From sequence record MH383160.1: a stretch of DNA of 64,000 bases, one strand, 5' to 3'. A program made the position numbers and the translations under genes. Below, piece after piece: positions 26,676 through 36,900 of the stretch; position 1 is the first letter of the stretch; every line of letters starts with the position of its first letter. The notes under the pieces were generated by a model, which worked only from the letters and a program-made list of their open reading frames with translations, had not been told where the DNA came from and did no database searches.

Positions 26676-29339
26676 ATGGCAGATACAAGTAAAAAGTATG
26701 CACAACAGCAGTTGGGTCGTTTTGACCCATCTTATCCCCAGTTAGCAACTGTTATGGATAACAGAGATCCAACTAAATCAGGAAAACTGAAAGTTTGGAT
26801 ACAAGGTTCTCAAAGTGATAAAAACTCAAAAGAATCATGGATAGAAGCATCTTACATGTCTCCTTTTGCTGGTAAAACACCAGGTATTCCAAGTGCTGAT
26901 GCATATGGTCAATATCCAAAAGGATACGGTTTTTGGGCAGTACCACCAGACGTAGGGTGTACAGTTGTTGTAATTTTTGCACAAGCCCGTACATTCCAAG
27001 CATATTGGATTGGTTGTGTATATGACCAGCGTATGAATACTATGGTTCCAGGTATGGCAACTGAAGTAAGTAATTATGGTGGAACTGATATGCCACTTCC
27101 TGTTACTGACTATGATCGTAACACTATCACTACCGATATGCAAGACAAATATGCTAACGTTCCAATTATCGCAGGTCTTAAAAAGCAAAACCTTTTATAT
27201 GACGAAGAAGCTGGGTTGGCGAATCGTAGTAGTACTCGACAAACCACCAGTACTGTATATGGTATGTCTTCGCCACGTGGTAATAGTTTTATTATTGATG
27301 ATGGATATACTGAAGAGGAATTAACAGCACCAACGTGGGATCAAGACCCAGATGGATATCAAGATACACAATTTAATAACCCAGTAAACGATACACGTGT
27401 TGGTTCTCGTAAAAATGAAGGTGTCGTAATAAAAACACGTAGTGGTGCACAACTTCTTTTATCAGAAGCTACTGGTGATGTTCTTTTAATTAACCGTGAT
27501 GGCACTGCACGTATAAAATTCACTGGTGAAGGTGATATTGACATGCACTGTGATAAGAATATTAATATTCGTGCTGGTCAAGATATTAATATTACTGCTG
27601 GACGTTCATATAATATTGAAACCGGACAAGATTTCAATGCACGAGTTGGTGCAAATACTAAATTAGATCTAATTGGTGCTCTTGATGCAAAAGTTGGTGG
27701 ACAAGTTGTTGTTAATTCTGGGGCAGACCTTCGTTTAGTTACTGCTGCATCATTACGTATGCAAAGTGGTAGCAGTACTGATATTACGGCTGGTTCAAAT
27801 GCTTCTATTTCTGCCGCAACATCTGCAAACCTAATTGGATCATCATCAGCAATTATTAGTGGTGGTGGTCAAACATTAACAGTTAATAGTGGTGGTAATA
27901 GCGGTACTGCTGAATTTACTGCACCAAACTTTAGAACACCATCTGCTGGTCTTAATGAACACATTCATGATATTGCTGCATGGGTTAACGCTGAAAATCA
28001 TGGTAGTTATGTTGAACCACCAAGACAAGGTGGTGGAAGTGGTTCTAGTGAATCACCAGTACAACCACAACCAGCAAATGATGTATCACCAGAATTACCC
28101 GTAGCACAAGACACTGAAGCTGTTCAGTTTGTTAACTATACATCAGAAACTGAACAAGTTCAATCACAAGATTTGATGACATCTGATCCTGGGATGACTG
28201 GATATAGTATTACATATGAAGGTTTACATATGTTAATGCCATGTAGCGGTACTATTCGACAATATGGTTACTGGGGGAAAGGTGTTCCAACACAAAGTGG
28301 AGGAAAGGCAGACCGTTCAGGTTGGGAAATACAATGTAAAGGTGATGTAGTTGCACCAGATGGTGGTGTGGTAGTAATTACTAATGGTGCTCTTTTAATA
28401 CAACATAAGTCTGGATATAAATCTATTTTTTATAATATTCAATCTGATTTATTAAACAAAGATGTTGTTCAAAAAGGTCAAGTTGTTGGAAAAGCAAATG
28501 GTGTCATACAGTTTGAAATTCGTGTTACATCAGCAAATGTTCTTGGATTCAGTGGTTCTGTTGACCCAGGATTATTTTATGCTTCACAAACAGGAACAGG
28601 GTCTGATGCGGCGAATAAAACATTAATTGGTGGTCAAGCAACTAATCAATCTGCTCCAAAAGCAGTTGTACAACCTTCAGTTGATAGTGATGAATTGGTA
28701 GTTACAACAAAAATCAAAACGATAGGTACTGGATATTCTCAACGTGGTTCTCGTCATGTGCCTCGTAGGAGAAGAACACAGAGAAGTGGAGCTTCAACAA
28801 CTCCGGTGGAGCAACCTACCTATAATATTGGAAATGTTGATAAAACTGCAATCGATTGGAAAGTTGTTCCAGGTGATGCACAATTTATTTCTGAATTAAA
28901 AGAATATGAAGGTACATTACAATACCAACAAGCAAAAGGATATTATCGTAATGGTAAATTCTGGCGTTATTTGGATAGTCGTGGGTATCCAACTATTGGT
29001 TATGGTCACTTGATTATTAGTGGTGAAAACTTTTCAGATGGAATAACTGAACAGCAAGCCAACGATATGTTAGTTCGTGATAGTAGTAAAGCTATATATG
29101 ATGCTAAATCAATTTATGCTTCATACAACATGAAAACACCTTATTTGGCTCAACAAGTACTATGCCAAATGGTATTCCAGATGGGTAAAGGTGGGGTACT
29201 TAAATTTAAAACTATGTTGTCTGAATTAGCTAAAGGTAATTATAAACAAGCTGCTGCTCAAATACGTAATTCAGCTTGGTATCGCCAAACTACTCGCCGT
29301 GCTGAGTTAATGGCTCGTCGTTTAGAGGCATGTCAATAA
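26676..29339 (+). CDS. Baseplate central spike (gp5-like): OB fold, beta-helix, HxH tip, degenerate M23-like domain, C-terminal T4-type lysozyme
   Basis: ATVMDNRDPTKSGKLKVW; WAVPPDVG; beta-helix repeats; HIH at 27960-27968; M23-like region at about 28233-28523; KEYEG...YLDSRGYPTIGYGHL. Confidence 0.85.
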   Translation: MADTSKKYAQQQLGRFDPSYPQLATVMDNRDPTKSGKLKVWIQGSQSDKNSKESWIEASYMSPFAGKTPGIPSADAYGQYPKGYGFWAVPPDVGCTVVVIFAQARTFQAYWIGCVYDQRMNTMVPGMATEVSNYGGTDMPLPVTDYDRNTITTDMQDKYANVPIIAGLKKQNLLYDEEAGLANRSSTRQTTSTVYGMSSPRGNSFIIDDGYTEEELTAPTWDQDPDGYQDTQFNNPVNDTRVGSRKNEGVVIKTRSGAQLLLSEATGDVLLINRDGTARIKFTGEGDIDMHCDKNINIRAGQDINITAGRSYNIETGQDFNARVGANTKLDLIGALDAKVGGQVVVNSGADLRLVTAASLRMQSGSSTDITAGSNASISAATSANLIGSSSAIISGGGQTLTVNSGGNSGTAEFTAPNFRTPSAGLNEHIHDIAAWVNAENHGSYVEPPRQGGGSGSSESPVQPQPANDVSPELPVAQDTEAVQFVNYTSETEQVQSQDLMTSDPGMTGYSITYEGLHMLMPCSGTIRQYGYWGKGVPTQSGGKADRSGWEIQCKGDVVAPDGGVVVITNGALLIQHKSGYKSIFYNIQSDLLNKDVVQKGQVVGKANGVIQFEIRVTSANVLGFSGSVDPGLFYASQTGTGSDAANKTLIGGQATNQSAPKAVVQPSVDSDELVVTTKIKTIGTGYSQRGSRHVPRRRRTQRSGASTTPVEQPTYNIGNVDKTAIDWKVVPGDAQFISELKEYEGTLQYQQAKGYYRNGKFWRYLDSRGYPTIGYGHLIISGENFSDGITEQQANDMLVRDSSKAIYDAKSIYASYNMKTPYLAQQVLCQMVFQMGKGGVLKFKTMLSELAKGNYKQAAAQIRNSAWYRQTTRRAELMARRLEACQ

Positions 29340-29351
29340 ATATTTTAGTAC

Positions 29352-29359
29352 TATAAATA
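29352..29359 (+). promoter_or_regulatory. Late promoter TATAAATA (stand-alone lysozyme gene)
   Basis: Exact match, directly abutting an AGTACT at 29347-29352. Confidence 0.75.
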
Positions 29360-29375
29360 AAACGAGGATATCTTT

Positions 29376-29864
29376 ATGAGTAAATGGGAAATTAAAAATA
29401 CAGATGAGCAATTTTTTAAGGAAATTAAAGAATTTGAAGGAACTATTGCTTATCAGAAAAAACTTGGTTATTTTAAAAATGATAAGTTTTGGGTATATAA
29501 AGACAGCTTAGGTCTTGATACTATTGGCTATGGTCACCTAGTTTTACCTGGTGAAAATTTCAAGAATGGTTTAACAGAAGCACAAGCTGACCAACTTCTT
29601 CTTAAAGATGCTCAAACTGCGTACAATGATGCAAAATCAATTTATGAACAATTTGGTATGACCGCACCTGTACAGGTTCAACGTGTATTATGGTTGATGG
29701 TATTCCAGATGGGCAAAACCAAAGTTTTAAAATTTAAAAAAGCAATGACCGCATTAGGTAAGGCTGATTATAAAACTGCTGGTAAGGAATTGCGTGATAG
29801 TACATGGTATAAACAAACCACTTCAAGAGCGGAAAAGATGGCACGTATTGTTGAATCCGTATAA
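29376..29864 (+). CDS. T4-type (GH24) lysozyme, paralogue of the gp5 C-terminal domain; candidate endolysin
   Basis: KEFEG...YKDSLGLDTIGYGHL (E-D-T triad), MVFQMG, DSTWYKQT. Confidence 0.88.
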   Translation: MSKWEIKNTDEQFFKEIKEFEGTIAYQKKLGYFKNDKFWVYKDSLGLDTIGYGHLVLPGENFKNGLTEAQADQLLLKDAQTAYNDAKSIYEQFGMTAPVQVQRVLWLMVFQMGKTKVLKFKKAMTALGKADYKTAGKELRDSTWYKQTTSRAEKMARIVESV

Positions 29865-29879
29865 TAAAGGAAATAGTCA

Positions 29880-30275
29880 ATGGCAGTTGTTTTTAAAGGT
29901 TTTTCTACCCCAGTAGTGGGTAGAACTGAAACATTGTATGATAGTGAATTGGTTCGCCAAGATTTAATGAATCATTTCAATACAAAAAAAGGCGAAAGAG
30001 CATTTGATGCTGACTATGGTTTTATTGCATGGGATTTGCTGTTTGAATTGGAAGGTTATAATACTATCAACCTTTTGGAAGCAGATGCCCGTAGAATAAT
30101 TAGCTTAGATCCACGCTTAAATCTTAAGAAATTGCAAATTTCAAGAATAGAATATGGATACCAAATGAATATTGTATTACAGTACGTAGTATTGGATACA
30201 TTAGAAGAACTTACTATTGTATTCGATGCAAGAAGTAATAACAGAATGGCAACATATTCAGTATCGTCTTTATAA
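29880..30275 (+). CDS. Baseplate wedge protein (gp25-like)
   Basis: DLMNHFNTKKGERAFDADYG...FE...DPRL pattern. Confidence 0.85.
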   Translation: MAVVFKGFSTPVVGRTETLYDSELVRQDLMNHFNTKKGERAFDADYGFIAWDLLFELEGYNTINLLEADARRIISLDPRLNLKKLQISRIEYGYQMNIVLQYVVLDTLEELTIVFDARSNNRMATYSVSSL

Positions 30276-30282
30276 TTACAAA

Positions 30283-30309
30283 AGCACTCTTCGGAGTGCT
30301 TTTCTTTTT
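30283..30309 (+). terminator. UUCG terminator after gp25
   Basis: AGCACTC-TTCG-GAGTGCT-TTTCTTTTT. Confidence 0.88.
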
Positions 30310-30376
30310 GAATAAATATTTCTATATATAATTCCCAGTACTGAACTAGTACTTTACTGATTTAAAGGAATAAATT

Positions 30377-33300
30377 ATGTCACAACAAAAAAGGCAATCA
30401 AATTTATACGCTGGTGAGGATTGGACTCAAGTATATGAAAGTTTTTATAAAATCAATCTTACAGCTTATGACTTCGATACTATCCGTCAGAGTATGATTG
30501 ATTATCTACGTGCAACTTACCCAGACTCATTCAACGACTGGATCGAAAACGACCAGTTTATTTTTATTTTAGATACGATTTCTATGCTAGGGCAGAACTT
30601 GGCATTTCGTATGGATTTGAACACACGTGAAAACTTTTTAGATACTGCAACTCGTCGTGCATCAGTACTAAAACTAGCTAAAATGATTTCTTACTCACCA
30701 CGCCGCTCATATCCAGGTCGTGCAGTTGCTAAATTAACCGAAATTAAAACAAACCAAGATGTTCGTAATAGTTTTAATGAATCATTAAAAGATAAAATCA
30801 TTCGTTGGAATGACCCGATGGATGCTAACTGGTATGAAAACTTCATTCTAGTAATGAACAGTTCATTTGTCAGTACTAACCAATTTGGTAATCCAGTCAA
30901 GCGTATTGATGTTAATGGTGTCTCCCGTCAACTATATCGAATGAACACCATCCCAATGACAGCACCCAGTATTCCATTTATTGCAACTGTCAATGGTGAA
31001 TCTATGACATTTGAAGTAGTGAATCCTGATATTACGTCTGTTGGTGTTGAAGAACGACATCCAGAACCACAAGAGCAAAAATATATTGTTTATCAAAATG
31101 ATGGTAATGGATTTAGCTCACCAAATACTGGTTTTTTTGTTTATTTCGTACAAGGTACATTGACATATCAAGATTATCAATATGCTATCCGTGAAGAGAA
31201 CCGTATACAAGATATTAACGTTGATAATATCAACGAAACTGATGTATGGGTTCAAGAAATAAATGAAGATGGTATTGTTCGTACCAAATGGACAAAAGTT
31301 CCATCAATGGAAAGTATTGCATATAACACTGTTAATCGTCAATTAAAAACAATTTTTGCTGTTACTACTCGTGATAAAGATCAAATAACAATTAAGTATC
31401 CAGACTCAAGAAGTGGTGTTGTTCCCCGTGGGACGTTCCGCGTATGGTATCGTGTTAGTAATGGTAAAACATATAACATTAAAACTTCTGAAATTCAAAA
31501 CAAAAGCGTAAAATATACATATCGTACAAAAACACAGTCAAGTTATGAATCTAGTACATTGGATATACGTTTTTCATTACAATATGAGTCCGACCGTGCA
31601 CAAAGTGCAGAGACTATTGAGCAGATTAAAGCACGTGCACCACAAATGTACTATACACAAAACCGTTTTGTCAATGGTGAAGATTATAATATTGCACCAC
31701 TTAGTTTAGGCAATACTGTACTTAAATCTAAAGCTATTAATAGAATTTATAGTGGACAATCAAGATTTATTGATATTAATGATCCTACTGGTAAGTATCA
31801 AAATACCGATGTTTTTAGTGATGATGGTGCATTATATCAAGAAAACACACAATTTAATAGGTCATTATTGCTACCAACTACAAAAACAAATGCTAGTATT
31901 GTTATTGACAATATTCAACCATTGATTGGTGAAAATGCGGTAATACAACGTTACCAAGCGTTTCCATCAAATACAATTGGTATTGAAATACAACAAGCAT
32001 GGACTCCGGTATACAATTCAAATTATACAACTAACACATATGGTAGAATTTTGGGTTCATCTGGTACAGTTTATGGTTCATATCAGGTTGGTACTCTAAT
32101 TAAATTTTCTAATTCTGGAACTACTATATGGGCTAGTGTAGTTAGTGTATTGGATAATGGATTTTATGTACTTAGTACATCGGTTCCAAGTGGAATGCAA
32201 GCCATAGAGTACATTTTACCATATAGAACTAGATTTAACTCGGTTGAAGTTCAAGCAATTTCTGCTATGCTAGATAAAAAAACTGATTTTGTTATTGTAC
32301 ATGACAAAGAAACGACATCATGGGTTCCTATTGAAGTAAGTACCAATGATGATACTATTGTATATAATGGCAATGAAGTTTTAATTATAATTAATGTAAA
32401 ATATACAGCAGAAACTTGGGAATTTGATGCTAACGGTATTGAATATATTTTTGTGGGTGGAGAAAAAGTAAGATTTTACTTTGTATCATCTAAAAAAATT
32501 ACTGATATTAGTACTGGTACAGTTCAAAGTGATAAGATTGAAATTTTATCATCTAACACTACTAGTAGTAGTAATTCAGGATTGACAAGTAATATAGATT
32601 TTCAAATTTATGACACAATTCAACAAGAGAATGGCTATCTAGATGGTTCTCGTGTTATTGTTACATCTAGGAAAGTAGATAGTAATGGTATACCATTGGA
32701 ACCAAACCAATTTAAAGAAATTGTTCCTACTTGGACTGGAACCGATGCATTAAAATATGGTGGTATTTTGGTATTTCAGGAAAATAGTGATTTCACTATA
32801 TCAGTACTGTCGTTACCAAATGATACCTTCACACTTCTTGATTCATCGTGGTCTTATACAATGGAACAAGCCTTGGCAGAGCCGAATGCATATAAAAGAA
32901 CTGAATTTGTTAGAAATAACGCAATTCGTTCAACCACATTGAGTGGATTATATAGTAAAGGTTCTGGATTTTTAGTTGGTTTTAACTATGATGGTAAATA
33001 TTATTTTATTGAACAAACAGTTGGTAATAACAATGATCGTTTAGGACAGCTAATTAGTAATTTAACTTATTCCGATGATACTGGCACTGTTAGTCCTGAA
33101 TTGGCTTTTTATCGTGCAATTAATAACATGGGAACTAATGCTGACGAGAATCAGAAGCTAGATTATTATGGATACAAAGATGTTACTTCACAGTACACTG
33201 TTAAAACTAATGCACGTACTAGTATAGACTTCCATTGGAAACACTATGCACCTGACGACAATCGCATTGATCCTAGTAGAACAAACTTAATTGATATGTA

Positions 33301-33838
33301 TGTATTAACCAATTCATATAAAACTGAAGTTGACGTTTGGTTGAAAAATAATGCTGTTGGTAGTATTCCTAAACCACCTACATCGGTTGAATTGAAAGAT
33401 ATGTTCAAAGATGTTGAACAAAAAATAGTCATTAGTGATAGTATTATTTGGCATAGTGCTGAGTACTTACCTTTATTTGGCAACAGTGCTGCTGAAGATT
33501 ACAAAGCTGATTTTAAAGTAGTGAAATTACCAAACAGCACAATGAGTGACGATGAAATTCGTCAAAATGTCATAGCATTAACTAATGAATACTTCAATGT
33601 TGATAACTGGGATTTCGGTGAAAGTTTCTATTATACTGATTTGTGTACTTACATACACTCACAGTTAGGTAGACATATTAGTACCATTGTTATAGTTGCA
33701 CAAAATCCAAATTCAAAATTTGGCTCTCTATTTGAAATCCCTTCACGTTCAGACCAAATATTTTTGAGTACTGCATCTGTTGAAAATGTTCAAATTGTTA
33801 ACTCACTAGCTAAAAGTAATATTAATATCGGTTCTTAA
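30377..33838 (+). CDS. Baseplate wedge protein (gp6-like), extended
   Basis: AYDFDTIRQSMIDYL, ENFLDTATRRASVLKLAKMISY, ETIEQIKARAP...QNRFVNGEDY. Confidence 0.85.
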   Translation: MSQQKRQSNLYAGEDWTQVYESFYKINLTAYDFDTIRQSMIDYLRATYPDSFNDWIENDQFIFILDTISMLGQNLAFRMDLNTRENFLDTATRRASVLKLAKMISYSPRRSYPGRAVAKLTEIKTNQDVRNSFNESLKDKIIRWNDPMDANWYENFILVMNSSFVSTNQFGNPVKRIDVNGVSRQLYRMNTIPMTAPSIPFIATVNGESMTFEVVNPDITSVGVEERHPEPQEQKYIVYQNDGNGFSSPNTGFFVYFVQGTLTYQDYQYAIREENRIQDINVDNINETDVWVQEINEDGIVRTKWTKVPSMESIAYNTVNRQLKTIFAVTTRDKDQITIKYPDSRSGVVPRGTFRVWYRVSNGKTYNIKTSEIQNKSVKYTYRTKTQSSYESSTLDIRFSLQYESDRAQSAETIEQIKARAPQMYYTQNRFVNGEDYNIAPLSLGNTVLKSKAINRIYSGQSRFIDINDPTGKYQNTDVFSDDGALYQENTQFNRSLLLPTTKTNASIVIDNIQPLIGENAVIQRYQAFPSNTIGIEIQQAWTPVYNSNYTTNTYGRILGSSGTVYGSYQVGTLIKFSNSGTTIWASVVSVLDNGFYVLSTSVPSGMQAIEYILPYRTRFNSVEVQAISAMLDKKTDFVIVHDKETTSWVPIEVSTNDDTIVYNGNEVLIIINVKYTAETWEFDANGIEYIFVGGEKVRFYFVSSKKITDISTGTVQSDKIEILSSNTTSSSNSGLTSNIDFQIYDTIQQENGYLDGSRVIVTSRKVDSNGIPLEPNQFKEIVPTWTGTDALKYGGILVFQENSDFTISVLSLPNDTFTLLDSSWSYTMEQALAEPNAYKRTEFVRNNAIRSTTLSGLYSKGSGFLVGFNYDGKYYFIEQTVGNNNDRLGQLISNLTYSDDTGTVSPELAFYRAINNMGTNADENQKLDYYGYKDVTSQYTVKTNARTSIDFHWKHYAPDDNRIDPSRTNLIDMYVLTNSYKTEVDVWLKNNAVGSIPKPPTSVELKDMFKDVEQKIVISDSIIWHSAEYLPLFGNSAAEDYKADFKVVKLPNSTMSDDEIRQNVIALTNEYFNVDNWDFGESFYYTDLCTYIHSQLGRHISTIVIVAQNPNSKFGSLFEIPSRSDQIFLSTASVENVQIVNSLAKSNINIGS

Positions 33839-33845
33839 TATAACG

Positions 33846-33869
33846 GGCGTTCTTCGGAACGCCTTTTTT
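33846..33869 (+). terminator. UUCG terminator after gp6
   Basis: GGCGTTC-TTCG-GAACGCC-TTTTTT. Confidence 0.88.
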
Positions 33870-33917
33870 ATATCATAAATAAATCAAATGAATGAACGAA
33901 TTATATGGAGTCCAAAA

Positions 33918-36900
33918 ATGACTAATAATTTTAAGTTTCAACCTACACAGATGGCTGAAGCAGTACAGAAGAAGCTTTTTATTAAAAGATTGCCTGAGTG
34001 GATGCAAGGCTTAGAAGATATTCAAAAAGTCAGTGATGATGTTATTCAACAATGGTTTAATCCGGCTGAAAACGAATTGGTTGACGGCTATATTGGTGAT
34101 ATGGGTTCTCCTGCCGCTGCTGGTAATATCTTCTTACATGAAAGTACTGTAGCACGTCAACTTTATCAGTTGTCCACTGCTTACGTCTCAAAAAATGATG
34201 ATTCGACAATTCGTTCAATTCAATTTTATGATGATCTAGTTGGATACATGAATCATTATGGAGCACTAACCGATAATGAAAGCCGTTTGTTCAACGGTAA
34301 GTTTTATGCATGGACTCCAGCTATTAACCCAAATAAAATGAACAATTTTAGCTCATATCTTTGGGATACTAAAAACTCTTATAATATTACTTCACCTGAT
34401 TACATTGTAATGGAACGTGGAGCACTTAATGGTAATACATGGTCACTACAAAACTTTTGGTATACTTTAGGTGAAACATTAGAAGATGGCTCAATATTAA
34501 CTGAAGAATTAATGCAAGATTCACGTTTTATTCGTGCACGTGCACCAATTATTGAATATAATAAAAATATTGAGCTAATTAACTACGGTACAAAATTACG
34601 TGGAACTGTTGATCTGTTCTCTGATATTATTAAACCTGAAGATATCGTTCAAAAAGATATTAATAGTGGTATACGTATTGATGGTATTATTCCGCAAGAT
34701 GGAATGCGTATTCTATTCACCAGTATTGGTAACAATGGTGAAAACAATAGAATTTATAATGTATATGTGAAAAAAATGCAAGATGGTACTCGTGTTTATG
34801 GTTTAGCACTAGATCCAGAAGAAGAAACCGAATCACGCCCAAGTGGTGAACCTCAAGATGGTGATGTTGTTCTAATCACTAAAGGTAATGAGTATGGTAA
34901 TAGTTCTATGTACTGGAATGGTTCTTTGTGGGTTCGTGCACAATCAAAAACTAGTGTTAACGTATTCCCTAAATTCCAACTTTATGATCGTAATGGTATC
35001 AAACTTGACAACAGTACTACATATCCATCAAGTAACTTTAAAGGTTCAGAGTTGTTTGGTTTTAAAATAAATTACAACTATGCAACTGATAGTGTATATG
35101 GATATAACATTGAACTTGGTGATTATAATTATTACATTTATGAAAACTTTTTACAATCACAACGTTATACCTATGACCATCTTGGAAAAGAAGTTGAAAT
35201 TGATGGTTTATACTATTATAACATTATTGATGAAAATAATGAAATGAATCTTCAAACCGATTGGGTTCGTTCAGAAGAGTACTCTAAACAATTTGTAAAA
35301 CAAACTCCACAAGTCCAACGTACTGATATGTATCGTGTATTCAGTACTGTTTATGATATGGAAGTTTTTAAAGAACCAGTTGATGGTATGTATGCATATG
35401 TTATTGAAGTTGATAGAACATATCAGTACTATAAAGCTGACCGTGAAACTTATCTAGATTGGCATCCAATTACTGGTGATGGTGTTCAGATTGTAAAATA
35501 TGACCATACATTCGAATTGGCACAAAAAGTTTTAGATAATGATTCTGATATTATTGAAGTTGTGGTTGATGGTGTTGATGTGTCCAAATATACCAAAAAT
35601 GTTTCAAAAGGTCAAGTACAAAGCATCACTCTAGATAGTACTGTAGATTTGGATGAAGATTCTGTTATTCAAATCAGAACTTATAGCAGTACTGTAACTC
35701 CTAATAAAGAATTAGGTGCATATGAAGTTCCAATCAACCTACAAAATAACCCATATAATTCTAATATTATATACATTAACCAAGGTGACTACACTTTACA
35801 TTTTCAGGATATTATTCAAAAGAACATTACACGTGGTTCTTCTGATGATTTCAATGACTATGAAGAACGTTTGGCTAAAGGATTGGTTAATAATGGCGTA
35901 GGTACTAAAATTATCCAAAATGAAGCATCTATGCTTCCATTGATGGCACATACTGCAAATGAAGATATTGATTTGTTTGAAGCAACTATGTTTATGCAAT
36001 CTGAATATTTTAGATTCATTAATAAATTTAATACACAAATGCTTCGTATGTATGATGAAAATCCATCAGACTTTTTACAAAATAGTGCTGCAAACATTGT
36101 TGATGCAATTTTAACTACTATTAATATGGGACGTGATAGTTCATTCCCATTCTATTATGATAATGTTGGAAGTACTTCTGGATTCATTCGTGCATTTATA
36201 CCACCAACACCACAGTTCTTAGGTATTCTTCAAGCATATGTACCAGAAAAAGCGACATTCCTCACTGCTGGTAGTAAACCAAGCTGTTATAACATCAGTC
36301 ATACTGGTATTATTTCCAAAGCATACCGTGTTATCAATGGTGTTGATAAAATGGATGATGTTGTATATGAATTAGAAAATAGAATTTTTAATAGTATTGA
36401 TAATAAATTCAAAGATGTTGATTACGTACCAGTATTGAATAGTGATGACCTTTTCCCTACACCATATTTCACTAAATCTGAATATAGTGCTGAAGAGAAA
36501 CAAACATTATTACTACGTGGATACATTAACTTCACCGCAACTAATGGTATCAGTAATAGTACACATGATTATGATCCTAACAATTGGAGAACTTGGAACT
36601 ATACTGGCACTTATTATGTAGTTAATGGTCAAAGTACTGAAATTCCTGCACGTGGTTCATGGCGTGCCATTTACACTGACCAATATGGTACATATCGCCC
36701 AGCTACCCATCCGTGGGAAATGTTTGGCTTTACACAACGTCCAACTTGGTGGAACCAAGAATACGAACCAACGGCTGTTCAAGTTGGTGAACGTGATAGT
36801 GATGTTGTATATGTATATGAAGCACTTGTTATGAATGAGCAAGGTGATTTAGTTCCTAGTGGTCTTTGGGATATTGACGGAACTATTGGAGATAGCAGTA

